Source: Bryobacterales bacterium
GTDB lineage: Bacteria > Acidobacteriota > Terriglobia > Bryobacterales > UBA6623
DNA length: 64,000 nucleotides
Assembly (NCBI GenBank): GCA_963422375.2
Contig: OY729428.2
Location: forward strand, 1,632,001-1,696,000
Reading direction: 5' to 3'
Below the pieces are notes generated by a model that ran no database searches, was not told the origin of the DNA, and saw nothing but the letters and a program-made list of their open reading frames with translations. The translations under genes and the position numbers were made by a program. Positions 19,305-29,799 of the stretch are shown here, piece after piece (the first letter of the stretch is position 1; every line of letters begins with the position of its first letter).

Positions 19305-21074
19305 ATGGCGGACGCGCTTACACTCTCGAGTCTCTTCAAGGTTACTGTCGCCCACGGCAAGGCTGCGGCGATCCTCACGAAGGAGTCCGGTTCCTACCAG
19401 CCGATCTCCTCGGCGGAGCTGGAGCGGCGCGTGGTCAACCTTCACCTGGCCCTGCGGAGCGCCGGCCTGGGACACGGCGACAAGGTTGCCCTGCTGTCGG
19501 AGAATCGCTGGGAGTGGGCCGTCGCCGACTTCGCGATGATGACGGCGGGCATCGTCAGCGTGCCGATCTACCCGACCTTACAGGCCGAGCAGGTGCGCTA
19601 CCTGCTGGACCACTCGGACTCCAAGGCGATCTTCTGCTCGACCCTCGATCAGGTCGACAAGATTCTCGAGGTGCGGGACCATCTGCCGGATCTCGGTACC
19701 GTCGTTTCCTTCGATGCGGTCGAGCGCGCGGGCGTGACGGTCCTCGCTACGCTCATCGGGGAGGGCAGTCCCGACGCCGCGGGACGGGCCAGCTTCGACG
19801 AGGCCGCCGATTCCGTGACGCCGGCGGACCTTGCGAGCATCATCTACACGTCGGGCACGACTGGCGTGCCCAAGGGCGTGATGCTGTCCCACAGCAACCT
19901 GTCGACCAATATCCGGGACTCCACGCTCGAGATGGGGCCCGAGGACACCGCTCTATCGTTCCTGCCGCTGTGCCACGTGGCCGAGCGCCTAGCCGACTAC
20001 GTCTACTACAGGTCCGGCGCCACGGTCGCCTACGCCGAGTCGATCGAAGCCGTGCCGGTGAACATGAACGAGGTCCGGCCCACCGTGGCGGTCGGCGTGC
20101 CGCGATTCTTCGAGAAGGTCTACGGCAAGGTCATGGCGGCGATGGCCGCGGCGCCTGCGGTCCGGCGCAAGATCTTCCACTGGGCCGTCGGGGTCGGCAA
20201 GGCGGCCACGCCGTACCGGGTGGCTGGCCAGCCCCTGCCGTTCCCGCTGAGCACCAAGCACGCCTTGGCCGAGAAGCTGGTTTTCCAGAAGCTCCGCGGC
20301 CGGCTCGGGGGGCGGATTCGGATGTTCGTCTCGGGCGCGGCCCCGCTCGCGAGGCACCTCGCGGAGTTCTTCTACGCGCTCGGCCTGCCGATCTACGAGG
20401 GCTACGGCCTGACCGAGACCTCGCCGCTGGTGACCATCAACACCCAGGCGGCCTTCAAGTTCGGGACGGTCGGCAAGCTCATCCCGAACGTCAAGGTCCA
20501 GATCGCCGACGACGGCGAGATCCTAGTCCGCGGCCCCAACATCATGCAGGGCTACTACAAGATGGAGGAGCAGACCAAGGAGGTCATGGACGGCGAGTGG
20601 TTCCGCACCGGCGATATCGGGGAGCTCGACGACGAGGGCTACCTCTCGATCACCGACCGCAAGAAGGACCTGTTCAAGACTTCGGGCGGCAAGTATGTCG
20701 TGCCCGCGCCGATCGAGAACCTGCTCAAGAGCAGTCCGCTGATCGAGACGGCGGTCGTGATCGCGGACCGGCGCAACTTCCCGAGCGCGCTCGTCGTGCC
20801 CGACTTCGCCGCGCTCGGGGCGTGGGCCGAGTCGGCAGGCATCGACTTCGCTGGCAACCGGGACTTGTGCGCCGACCGGAAGGTACGCGAGCGGGTCATG
20901 TCGGAGGTCGAGGGCCTCTGCTCCGACATGGCGAACTACGAGCGGATCAAGAAGGTGGCGCTGCTGCCGACCGAGTTTTCGATCGACGGCGGGGAGCTCA
21001 CGCCCACCATGAAGGTCCGTCGACGCGAGGTGGACAAGAAGTACGCCCGCGAGATCGAGGAGATCTACGCGTAA
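19305..21074 (+). CDS. Long-chain fatty acid--CoA ligase
   Basis: IYTSGTTGVPKG, YEGYGLTE, FRTGDIG, DRKKDLFKTSGGK, ELTPTMK. Confidence 0.94.
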   Translation: MADALTLSSLFKVTVAHGKAAAILTKESGSYQPISSAELERRVVNLHLALRSAGLGHGDKVALLSENRWEWAVADFAMMTAGIVSVPIYPTLQAEQVRYLLDHSDSKAIFCSTLDQVDKILEVRDHLPDLGTVVSFDAVERAGVTVLATLIGEGSPDAAGRASFDEAADSVTPADLASIIYTSGTTGVPKGVMLSHSNLSTNIRDSTLEMGPEDTALSFLPLCHVAERLADYVYYRSGATVAYAESIEAVPVNMNEVRPTVAVGVPRFFEKVYGKVMAAMAAAPAVRRKIFHWAVGVGKAATPYRVAGQPLPFPLSTKHALAEKLVFQKLRGRLGGRIRMFVSGAAPLARHLAEFFYALGLPIYEGYGLTETSPLVTINTQAAFKFGTVGKLIPNVKVQIADDGEILVRGPNIMQGYYKMEEQTKEVMDGEWFRTGDIGELDDEGYLSITDRKKDLFKTSGGKYVVPAPIENLLKSSPLIETAVVIADRRNFPSALVVPDFAALGAWAESAGIDFAGNRDLCADRKVRERVMSEVEGLCSDMANYERIKKVALLPTEFSIDGGELTPTMKVRRREVDKKYAREIEEIYA

Positions 21075-21114
21075 CGCGGTTCGCCCGCGGCCTGTCCAAC
21101 ACGGAGAGGCACCG

Positions 21115-22410
21115 TTGAGGCCCTTCCGTCATCCGTGGTCGCTTGCCGCGCGGCTGCTCCTGCTGTCGCTCCCGTGCGCTGGGGTCGCGCTTGGCGAGGA
21201 CGCCTTTCCCCTGCGGGAGATCGACTTCGAGGGAAGCCCCAGCTTCGAGGACGGCGATCTGGCGGCCGTCACCGGCTTGGAAATCGGGCAGCCCGTGCGC
21301 AAGCGCGACTTCGACGCCGCGCTGCGGAAGCTCAACGAGACGGGCGTCTTCGAGAGCCTACGCTACCGGTTCGAGCCGCACGGCGACGGCTACCGGCTCA
21401 CGATCGCCGTGCGAGAGGTGCCCGAGCTCTTCCCCGTACGGTTCGACGGCTTCGGCAGTCCTGCGGCGGCGCTCGAGGACTTGCTGCGAGGGAGTCTCCC
21501 TCTGTACACCGGCATCGTCCCCGGCGGCGGACCGATGGTTCGCATGGTGGTCAACGCCCTGCAAGGGTGGTGGCGGGGTCAGGGAGGCGAGGAGGAGGTT
21601 GTCGCCAACATCGTGCCCTCGGGCGCGGGCCGGTTCGAGATGGTCATCGGGCCCGAGCGGCAGACCTTCAACATCGCCTTCGCGCGGTTCAGCAACACCG
21701 GCCAGGTCGACGCGCTGGAACTCCAGCGGACGTTCAACCAGGTTGTAGTCGGCGAGCCGTACTCCGAGGCGCGGCTGCGGGAACTTCTGCACTACAACGC
21801 GAGGCCCCTGTACACCGAGCACGGCTACATGGGCGTACAGTTCTGTCCCTGCGAGGCGTCGCCGGACCCGGACTCGGAGGGGCTGCTGGTCGACGTCCGC
21901 GTGGAGCAGGGCGAGGTCTATCTGTTCGGCGAGATCAACTGGCCGGATCCCTTGCCGGTCGCCCCGGACAGCTTGAAGAAGGTGAACTGGATCGCGTCGG
22001 GCGCGGTCGCCAACATCAAGGCCGCCTACGAGACAATGGCCGCGATCAGCGAGGGCATGAAGAGGCAGGGCTTCATGAAGGCCCAAGCGACCTTCGCGGA
22101 GCGAGTCGACGACGAGCGGCGCCGCGTTGATCTCGACATCCAGATCGCACCCGGCATCCAGTACACGTTTTCCCGTCTGATCATCGAGGGCCTCGACATC
22201 CTCTCCGAGCCGGCCGTGCGCAAGCGCTGGGGGATGCAGTCCGGCGACCTGTTCGACGTGCGTTATCCCGCCTACTTCCTCGACCGGGTCAAGGCGGACG
22301 AGATGTTCGAGAATCTCAAGCGCACCTCATGGAGTGTCGAGACGGATGACACCAAGGGCTTGGTGGACGTAACATTGGAGTTTTCCGGATTGGCCGACCC
22401 GGAGCGCTGA
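21115..22410 (+). CDS. Exported POTRA-domain protein (no beta-barrel)
   Basis: Signal peptide; repeated POTRA patterns (LREIDFEG...LNETGVFE, LYTEHGY, MKRQGF). Confidence 0.78.
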   Translation: MRPFRHPWSLAARLLLLSLPCAGVALGEDAFPLREIDFEGSPSFEDGDLAAVTGLEIGQPVRKRDFDAALRKLNETGVFESLRYRFEPHGDGYRLTIAVREVPELFPVRFDGFGSPAAALEDLLRGSLPLYTGIVPGGGPMVRMVVNALQGWWRGQGGEEEVVANIVPSGAGRFEMVIGPERQTFNIAFARFSNTGQVDALELQRTFNQVVVGEPYSEARLRELLHYNARPLYTEHGYMGVQFCPCEASPDPDSEGLLVDVRVEQGEVYLFGEINWPDPLPVAPDSLKKVNWIASGAVANIKAAYETMAAISEGMKRQGFMKAQATFAERVDDERRRVDLDIQIAPGIQYTFSRLIIEGLDILSEPAVRKRWGMQSGDLFDVRYPAYFLDRVKADEMFENLKRTSWSVETDDTKGLVDVTLEFSGLADPER

Positions 22411-22419
22411 ACCGCCGGC

Positions 22420-23364
22420 CTACGCTTGTGCGCGGTACAGCGCGAGACGGTAGACGACAGCGCGGCCGGGCGCGGCCGGGTCGTACAGCACCGTCGCGAG
22501 CTGGCCGCTGCGCAGGTTTGGATTGCGCTCCCGGGCTTTCACGGAGCGGCGCTGGCCGCCGACTTCGTAGCGAACGAGAAACGCGCGCACGCCGCCCTTG
22601 CGCCGGACGTCGGCGGTGAGGCCCCGGACCGCAGCCCCCGAGGTCGCCAGGCGCCTGTGCAGGCGCCTCTGCGCTTCGGCGAAGCCGGCTGCCGCGAGCA
22701 GCAGCCCGCCGGCGAAGAAGACGACCCGCGTCGAGACGGGAGATGTCAACTCGGGCAGGTAGTGGTTGCTCGGATTCTCCCGAAGGTAGACGACCTCGGT
22801 GGAAGTCCCGTCGCGCAGGCTCTTGTAGGCGCCCGGCGGAACGCTCCGGCTGATGCGTACCGGGGCGCCGGATGCGGTAACGAAGCTGTAGCCGATGAAG
22901 TAGAGCTTCCGCTCGCCCTCGAAGTGCCTGATCTCCCGGGAGTGAATCGTCGCCTCCGACCTCAAGCCGACCTGCCGGAGCAGGCGCTCGGACGGCGGGG
23001 GCGGGATCTGCGCGAAGTGCTGGTGGGCGAGCGTTCCGAATGTCGCCAGCGCCAGCATCCAGGCAGAGACCACGGTCTTGCCGCGGGCGGTCATCGCGAC
23101 GCGCCTGGGGGGAGACTCGCGCAGCTCCGGTTCGAGATCGGCCCGGGCGCCCGCCCGCGGCGCGACCGCTTCCGTCGCGGCCCCGTCCGCTTCGGGCCGG
23201 TCCAAGCCGAATCGCAGCGCGAGCGATCCGACCGCTACCATTCCGACGCCCGCCCACAGGACCAAGCCCCCGTCGGGCAGGGAAATGACGATCGCGAAGC
23301 CCCCCGAGACCGCCAGCGAAGCGCCCGCGGCGAGCCACACCTTGCGTGCTGGGCCTGACTTCAT
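22420..23364 (-). CDS. Membrane protein with tandem DUF3592-like domains
   Basis: Four hydrophobic segments; two beta-rich units ending EVVYLRENP and TVLYDPAAP. Confidence 0.65.
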   Translation of the reverse strand: MKSGPARKVWLAAGASLAVSGGFAIVISLPDGGLVLWAGVGMVAVGSLALRFGLDRPEADGAATEAVAPRAGARADLEPELRESPPRRVAMTARGKTVVSAWMLALATFGTLAHQHFAQIPPPPSERLLRQVGLRSEATIHSREIRHFEGERKLYFIGYSFVTASGAPVRISRSVPPGAYKSLRDGTSTEVVYLRENPSNHYLPELTSPVSTRVVFFAGGLLLAAAGFAEAQRRLHRRLATSGAAVRGLTADVRRKGGVRAFLVRYEVGGQRRSVKARERNPNLRSGQLATVLYDPAAPGRAVVYRLALYRAQA

Positions 23365-23441
23365 TGAGCTGACCTCGTTGTAGCACGACTGCCGCGTGCC
23401 TTGGTCGGTCCTCGAGCGTCGCACTATGCTGGAATGAAGCG

Positions 23442-24116
23442 ATGAAGTGCCGCTTGAATGCTCGCGGGCGCGTTCTCGCAGCAGTGCTCGCCGCCCTGTG
23501 GATTCTCTTTCCGGCGACGGGGCAGCAGCGCCCGGACCGGTGGGAGCAGGCGGTCCGGGCCTTCGAGGAAAACGACCGGGCGAGCCGTCCGCCCGAGGGC
23601 GGCATCGTGTTTCTCGGGAGCTCGAGCTTCCGGCGCTGGGATCTGGAGAAGTCCTTTCCGGGCAAGGGCCTGATCAACCGCGGCTTCGGAGGGTCGCAGA
23701 TGGCGGACGCCCTGCGGTACCTCGATCGCATCGTGCTGCCTCTCAAGCCGAGGACGATCTTCCTGTACGAGGGTGACAACGACATCGGAAGCGGCAAGAG
23801 CCCCGAGACGGTCGAGCGCGAGTTCCGCGAGCTCGTCGCAAGGGTCCGGGCGGCACTGCCCGAGACCAGGATCGTATTCGTCGCCATCAAGCCGAGCATC
23901 CGGCGCTGGCACCTGATCGGGCAGGCGCGCGACGCGAACGCTAGGATCCAGTCCCTCGCCGAGGCGGATCCCTTGCTGGAATACATCGACTCGGGCTCGC
24001 CCCTTCTCGGGCCGGACGGCAGGCCCCGTCCCGACCTGTTCGTGGACGACGAGCTGCATCTCAACGATGCCGGTTACGCGATTTGGACGGAGCTGGTGGA
24101 CCCCTACCTCGATTGA
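23442..24116 (+). CDS. SGNH/GDSL hydrolase
   Basis: FLGSSS, NRGFGGS, YEGDND, DELHLN. Confidence 0.92.
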   Translation: MKCRLNARGRVLAAVLAALWILFPATGQQRPDRWEQAVRAFEENDRASRPPEGGIVFLGSSSFRRWDLEKSFPGKGLINRGFGGSQMADALRYLDRIVLPLKPRTIFLYEGDNDIGSGKSPETVEREFRELVARVRAALPETRIVFVAIKPSIRRWHLIGQARDANARIQSLAEADPLLEYIDSGSPLLGPDGRPRPDLFVDDELHLNDAGYAIWTELVDPYLD

Positions 24117-26548
24117 TGGATTCGGAGCTGTCCCGCAGCGACCGGCCGGAGTATTGCGAAGCGGCGCTTCCCGTGCCGCTCGACAGGCTGTTCACCTACG
24201 AGGTGCCCGCTTTCGCGCGCGGTCTCGTGCAAGTCGGGTGCCGGGTGGTGGCGCCCTTCGGGCGACGCACGGTAGTGGGGGTGGTCCTCGATACGCACTG
24301 CGCCAAGCCGGATCACGAGACGCTGCCGCTCAAGGATCTGCTGGACGAGCGGCCCGCCCTGGGCGCCGATCTCCTCGAGTTGGGCCGGTGGATCGCGCGG
24401 TACTACTGCGCGCCCATCGGCGAAGTCGTCAAGTCGATGATGCCCCTGCGGGGCGAGACGCGTCGCAAGGAGGTTGTCTCGCTCACGCCGGCAGGGCAGG
24501 CCGAGGCCGACGGCCAGTTTCTCTCGATCGGCGTCGCTGCGGAGATCATGGCGTCGTTGCGCCGGCGGCCGCTCACCTGCCGCTACCTGGCGGCCAAGCA
24601 CCCCGGGGGAGCGGAGGCCGTCCGCTGGCTGCGCCAGCGCGGCCTCGTGCGCGTCGAGCGCGTCGTGGAGCGTCGCGATCCCACCTTGGCTCGGGATGTC
24701 GTGCTGACCGTCGAGCTCGGCGATCCCGCCAGCGTCCCCTCCAAGCCGGCAGCCGGGGAGCGCTGGCTGCTCGATTACCTGCGGCACCGGCCCGGTCGGC
24801 ATGACGTCCGCGCGCTCGCGGTGGAACGAAGCGACGCGATCGCGGTGGCCCGCAGCCTGGCGAAGGCCGGCGCGGTGCGCCTGGCGGCCGTGCGGCCCGG
24901 GGCCGCGGCGGTCGGTCGGGCGCCGGGTTTCGAGTTGAACCGTGCCCAGCGCGAGGCGTTCGGCGCTATCTCCGCGGCCGTCAGGGAGCCTCGGTTCGAA
25001 GCCTTTCTGCTGCACGGCGTGACCGGGTCGGGCAAGACCGAGGTGTACCTGCGCGCGATCGCGGAGACTTTGGCCCACGGCCGGTCCGCCCTGCTGATGG
25101 TACCCGAGATCGCGCTGACTCCCGCGCTGGCATCCGCGGTGTTCGGACGCTTCGGCGACCGGGCTGCGGTCCTGCACAGCGCGCTGAGTGACGCCCAGCG
25201 AGCCGACCAGTGGCATCGGATCCAGGCAGGCGAGGCCCGCGTGGTGCTGGGCACGCGGAGCGCGGTGTTCGCGCCCCTCCGGGACCTGGGCCTGGTAATC
25301 GTGGACGAGGAGCACGACGCCAGCTACAAGCAGGCCGACACTCCCCGCTACAACGGCCGGGACGTCGCGCTCGTCCGCGCGCGCCGTTCGAGCGCTCCGG
25401 CCGTGGTCGGATCGGCCACGCCCGGCATCGAGTCGCGCTTCAACGCCGAGACAGGCAAGTACACCCTGCTACGCATGGAGTCGCGGATCATGGAGAGGCC
25501 CCTTCCCGCCGTGCAGAAAGTCGACATGCGGCGCGAATTCGAGGAGACGGGGCGCGGCCTGCTCTTCTCGCGTGCGTTGGTCGCGGCGGTCCGCGCCTGC
25601 ATGGAGAGGGGCGAGCAGTGCATGATCCTGCTCAATCGACGCGGCTACTCGACCCACCTGCTGTGCCGGTCCTGCGGCCAGCGGGCGGAATGCCCGAACT
25701 GCTCGGTGACCCTGACATTCCACAAGCGGGAGAGCTCGCTGCTGTGCCACTACTGCGACCACTCCGCGCCCGTGCCGGAGATGTGCGGCTCGTGCGGCCG
25801 CGAGTTCCTGCAATTCCAAGGAAGCGGCTCGGAGCGGGTCGAGGACGAGCTGGCGCGGCACTTCCCGGACGCCAGCATCGCGAGGCTGGACCGCGACACC
25901 GTTCGCGGTCGCGACTCGTACGAGACGATCCTGGACGGCTTCCGCCGCGGGCATTCCCGCCTGCTGGTGGGAACGCAGATGATCGCCAAGGGGCACGACA
26001 TTCCCAACGTGACGCTGGTCTGCGTCGTGGACGCGGATGTCGGCCTCGGACGGCCGGACTTCCGCGCGGCCGAGCGCTCGTTCCAGTTGCTTACGCAGGT
26101 CGCCGGGCGGGCGGGCCGCGGGGAGAAGCCCGGGCAGGTGCTGATTCAGACGATGAATCCGGATCACTACGCGATCGACTTGGCCGCCACGCAGGACTAC
26201 GAGGCCTTCTATCGGCGCGAGACCGGGTTCCGCAAGGCCCTGTGGTACCCGCCGTTCACCTCCATGGCCACCATCGTGGTGCGCAGCGCGGATCTCTCGG
26301 AGGCGGCCGACCTGAGCCGCGACCTGGCCGAGCACTTGCATTCCCCGCCCGACGGCCTGCGCGTGACGGGCCCGGCGTCCGCTCCGCTAGTCAAGCTGAG
26401 GAAGGACTATCGCTTCCAGTTCCTGATCAAGTCGCTGAGCCGCGCCGCGGTCGCCTCGTTCCTGGCGCGAGCCCTGCGATTCGCGGAGGAGCGGAAATGG
26501 CCTGCCACGGCTCTGGTGATCGACGTCGATCCGGTGGATTTCGCCTAG
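24116..26548 (+). CDS. priA: Primosomal protein N'
   Basis: GVTGSGKTEVY, DEEHD, CxxC zinc pairs, GTQMIAKG, QVAGRAGR; TGATG coupling to the upstream gene. Confidence 0.97.
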   Translation: MDSELSRSDRPEYCEAALPVPLDRLFTYEVPAFARGLVQVGCRVVAPFGRRTVVGVVLDTHCAKPDHETLPLKDLLDERPALGADLLELGRWIARYYCAPIGEVVKSMMPLRGETRRKEVVSLTPAGQAEADGQFLSIGVAAEIMASLRRRPLTCRYLAAKHPGGAEAVRWLRQRGLVRVERVVERRDPTLARDVVLTVELGDPASVPSKPAAGERWLLDYLRHRPGRHDVRALAVERSDAIAVARSLAKAGAVRLAAVRPGAAAVGRAPGFELNRAQREAFGAISAAVREPRFEAFLLHGVTGSGKTEVYLRAIAETLAHGRSALLMVPEIALTPALASAVFGRFGDRAAVLHSALSDAQRADQWHRIQAGEARVVLGTRSAVFAPLRDLGLVIVDEEHDASYKQADTPRYNGRDVALVRARRSSAPAVVGSATPGIESRFNAETGKYTLLRMESRIMERPLPAVQKVDMRREFEETGRGLLFSRALVAAVRACMERGEQCMILLNRRGYSTHLLCRSCGQRAECPNCSVTLTFHKRESSLLCHYCDHSAPVPEMCGSCGREFLQFQGSGSERVEDELARHFPDASIARLDRDTVRGRDSYETILDGFRRGHSRLLVGTQMIAKGHDIPNVTLVCVVDADVGLGRPDFRAAERSFQLLTQVAGRAGRGEKPGQVLIQTMNPDHYAIDLAATQDYEAFYRRETGFRKALWYPPFTSMATIVVRSADLSEAADLSRDLAEHLHSPPDGLRVTGPASAPLVKLRKDYRFQFLIKSLSRAAVASFLARALRFAEERKWPATALVIDVDPVDFA

Positions 26549-26915
26549 CCGGGCCGAATCTCGCCCAGTAGCCCCCGCGTCTCTCCCTCTAGACAGAGGA
26601 TGTCTGCCCGGATCTCGGCCAGCGTTCCACTGGATTTGGCTTGTGGAGGCACGGCGTGAAACTGATCTCGTAACCAATCTTCACGGTGTCGGGCCGATAC
26701 CACGAGTCCGGTGCGCGGGGGATGACCTCCCGGTTCAAGAAGCCCTTGATGTCACCGTCTCTTGTCGGGGGCACGGTTTCAGTGTCCCGAAGTTCGGAAT
26801 CGGGTTCCCGCTCGACGACTTGGATCTTTTCCCCCACGTGGACTTCGATCAAGCCTCGGATTCGATCAGGATACACTGGCTGGACTTATGGACCTTGGAA
26901 ATAACCGCCTCGCGC
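26545..26915 (-). pseudogene. hsdM: 3' remnant of type I restriction-modification M subunit, frameshifted
   Basis: VISKVHK / VVEREPDSELRDTETVP..FLNREVIP.APDSWY...VKIGYEISF / TLAEIRADILCLEGETRGLLGEI* in shifting frames. Confidence 0.78.
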
Positions 26916-27426
26916 AGCGCCAAGCCTTGCTCGTCGATGACGATTCGGTCTAGCATCGCTCTTGTTTCGAGCACCTTCTGCTTGGTGTCTTCCAGCCGGA
27001 GTGCCTCATCCAATCAAGTCCCTGTTCCGCAGTCGATTCTCGCGATCGACCGCGACTTCGCTCGAGGGAAGAAGCCGGCCGCCATGTTGCAGGGTGAAGG
27101 ATGACGTCGTCCTGTGGCAGCCTTTCCTCCGTGGGGGGCGCGCCTCGCCGACTCCGTCTCGCAGTTTAGGTGCGGCCGCTGAAGCTGCAGCCAGATCGCG
27201 TGCCCGTCGATCACAGTCCACGCCGGATTGACCTGACCGGGACGGAGGCGGCTCGCCCATCCTGCCATCGCCCGTTTGAGCCTCGCGAGCACAGTTTACG
27301 ACCACGGCGGCCCGTGCGGAGCCTCTGCGAGTTCGCTCTCCATGCGACAAACGCTTCCTGCCCCCATCTCAGCCGGTACCTTGCGCCAGCCGTCAACGAG
27401 ACACATCCCATCCGTCAACTAGTACG

Positions 27427-28149
27427 CTACAGATCCTGCCGTGATGCAAGCAACGCACGGAGTCGAGCCAGCTCCGCCTCCGCCGCTTGTCGCGCACGCA
27501 CGTGCTCGTCTCGCTCCGCCTCCGCTAGTCGGCGCAAACCCTCGTTGCCCTCCGGTGTTGGAATGTCCGGCCCGGTCCGCGGATCGCGGAGCCAGAGCCA
27601 GTTGCCATCCTCCCGCAGATCCAGCCCCAGTGCCTCGCTGCGCGCGACCCTTCCTTCCGGTCCGACCTCCACCGGCAGCCAGCCTCCGCCGCCCCGAACG
27701 TTCCCCGCTAGGCGCTGCCGGCTGTGCCGCTCGCGCGCTTCGAACCGCCGGTACTCGCTCACGCCGATCTCGCGGTAGATGCGGAGCTTCTCGCGTCGGT
27801 CTTCTTTCGCGGTAGCGTCCGACAGCACGTCCAGCACGAAGTCCGGCGGCCCCTCCTCCCACACCAAGTAGTGCCTGCGCACCCCGCGGTCCATGCCGAG
27901 TGTCACGAAGATGTCCGGGTCCACGCTCGTCTTGTTGTCGCCTTCGCGGTAGAACATCAGCAGGTCGCCGCCCCAGTGAGAGTCCTGCCGGCCGCGGAAA
28001 TGCACGGCGAGCGCCTGTTCCACGTAGTGGATGACTCGATGCTGGTACTCAGTTTCCGGCACATTCGGCGCGTATTCGGGATACTCGACCTCCGTCGGAC
28101 GCGGTCTCGCAATCGCGACCGGCTCAGCGCGACTCGCAATCGACGACAT
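27427..28149 (-). CDS. Uma2 family (DUF820) endonuclease, possibly degenerate
   Basis: DLLMFYREGD..VDPDIFV, PPDFVLDVLS.AT...DR.EK...Y..IGVSEY; C-terminal coiled coil. Confidence 0.85.
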   Translation of the reverse strand: MSSIASRAEPVAIARPRPTEVEYPEYAPNVPETEYQHRVIHYVEQALAVHFRGRQDSHWGGDLLMFYREGDNKTSVDPDIFVTLGMDRGVRRHYLVWEEGPPDFVLDVLSDATAKEDRREKLRIYREIGVSEYRRFEARERHSRQRLAGNVRGGGGWLPVEVGPEGRVARSEALGLDLREDGNWLWLRDPRTGPDIPTPEGNEGLRRLAEAERDEHVRARQAAEAELARLRALLASRQDL

Positions 28150-29676
28150 GCTCCCAGCCTCGGGTCTTCAAACCTGACGCGACTGTAGCAGGGGCGGCCC
28201 AGTCCTCCCCTCGCAGCGCTGTCCTGTGCGAAACCAGCCTGAATCTGGTGCTTCGACCGGGACTCGATCCCCAAGGGCGTGCCTGGGTGCAGCGACCATG
28301 GACGTCATGGCCGTGCGGAGGGTCTTGGCGCGACCCTGGGTGTCGGCGCCGCTACTGGTATACGTGGATGGCCGGGCCGAAAGAAATCAGGCAGCATCCA
28401 TCGAATGGACTCACCGCGATCGCGACCGGGCTCCCATTTAGTCGCTCGGTTGGAAGAATCGCACAATCCCAGGAGACTTGGCCGTATTGCGGCCCGCAGG
28501 CAGAACTAGGATCCCCGAACGCTCCAGGAGCTGTTGCGGCCGGTGACTGAACTGCGCGCGCCAGCCCCGGAGCTGGCAGATCATGCGCGCCAGTTCGCCG
28601 CGCCCTGAGCGGGACAGCGCAGCCAAGAGTGGTCGACTGCAGCGCTCGATACCCGCATCGCTGGCAGGCCCTCCAGGCATGGGACTCCGCCCCAATGGAT
28701 CAGGAGGCGGACAGTTGAATGTTGAGACGAGAAGGTCTCGCCGCCGCTGCCGGTCGATTCCGCAAGCCAATCGCTACCGCTGCGGCATGTCCGTATAGAT
28801 CCCTGCCCACCGCCGTCGTTTACCACCTCATAGCTCCTGCCTGACCGCACGGTCACGACCGGTCCTTGGAGTGGCGTGCGCCCCTCATGCCGGACGACCT
28901 TCGCAACCTCCGGACCGCGATCCACGCGCAAGGGGAGGGAGGCGCGAACCGCCGGTCCTTCGTGTTGAGCTAAATGGCCTGGTATGAAGACATGCTGACC
29001 GCCGGTTGGCGGAGAGTGGGCTGCAGCCGGAGAGCGGCCAGAGTGGAGGGAGAGACTCAAGAGCGCGTCCGCGAGCGTGAAGTCGCAGCGGCATTCGCAA
29101 AGCGGTCCGGACGCAATCGTTCGAAAGGCACGCCGGAGACCACGCATGGAGGACAGAATTGTCGAGGATCAGGCGTTGGCCGTGTCGTGCGACTTCCACT
29201 TGCTTCCTGAATTGCGGGAGCGGTGCGTCCAGGAGAGGTGCGGAGCAATCCCTGGTCAGCAAAAAGACGGTGTTCGCGATGTTCTCTAGTTGTCCGACGA
29301 CCATCCCTCGGTCAGGCCGCCGCTTGCGCTGCAAGGCGAAGTCGATGCCGGAGTGGAGAAGCGTGACTTGGAGAACGCGGTCGCCGCCGCGCCCGGACTG
29401 GCACGTGCGGAGGGCGGGGCCCGGCCTGGCTACCTTCGAGCGGGCATTGGTCTGGCGGATGCCCCCTATGCCTCGTCCAGAGGCGCACGGTTGGAGGGGC
29501 TCCGCCAACCAGGCCTTCCATAGCGTCGTGCGAAAAGCCGCAACGCGAGCCCTTTCGGCACTGCAAGCAAAGGACTTAGCGCGCACTGAGGGCCTCCGAT
29601 TGGCACCGTGCGACCCAGATCGCCCCGGGATTTGTCGACCACAGGTTGCGGGGCGGGGCTGGCCTCGCTCGTTAGC

Positions 29677-29742
29677 GTCACGGAGAAGTAACGGAGAAGT
29701 AACCGCGCCGTAAGCCAAGGGTAACGCGGCAGTCATATCGAG
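29677..29742 (+). promoter_or_regulatory. Six phased 11-bp repeats, Pho-box/OmpR-family binding array
   Basis: GTCACGGAGAA|GTAACGGAGAA|GTAACCGCGCC|GTAAGCCAAGG|GTAACGCGGCA|GTCATATCGAG upstream of phoX. Confidence 0.72.
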
Positions 29743-29799
29743 TCGAGACGATCAGATTCGCGCTTCCGACCGAGGAAGTGGCGATCCAAAGGAGACTCA

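Noticed and set aside
28300..28345. CGGSWRDP resembling the RGGSW motif of formylglycine-generating enzymes
   Set aside because: It is an isolated short match with no surrounding domain
29677..29742. CRISPR or tandem-repeat interpretation of the 11-bp units
   Set aside because: The units are too short, have no spacers, and no cas genes are present
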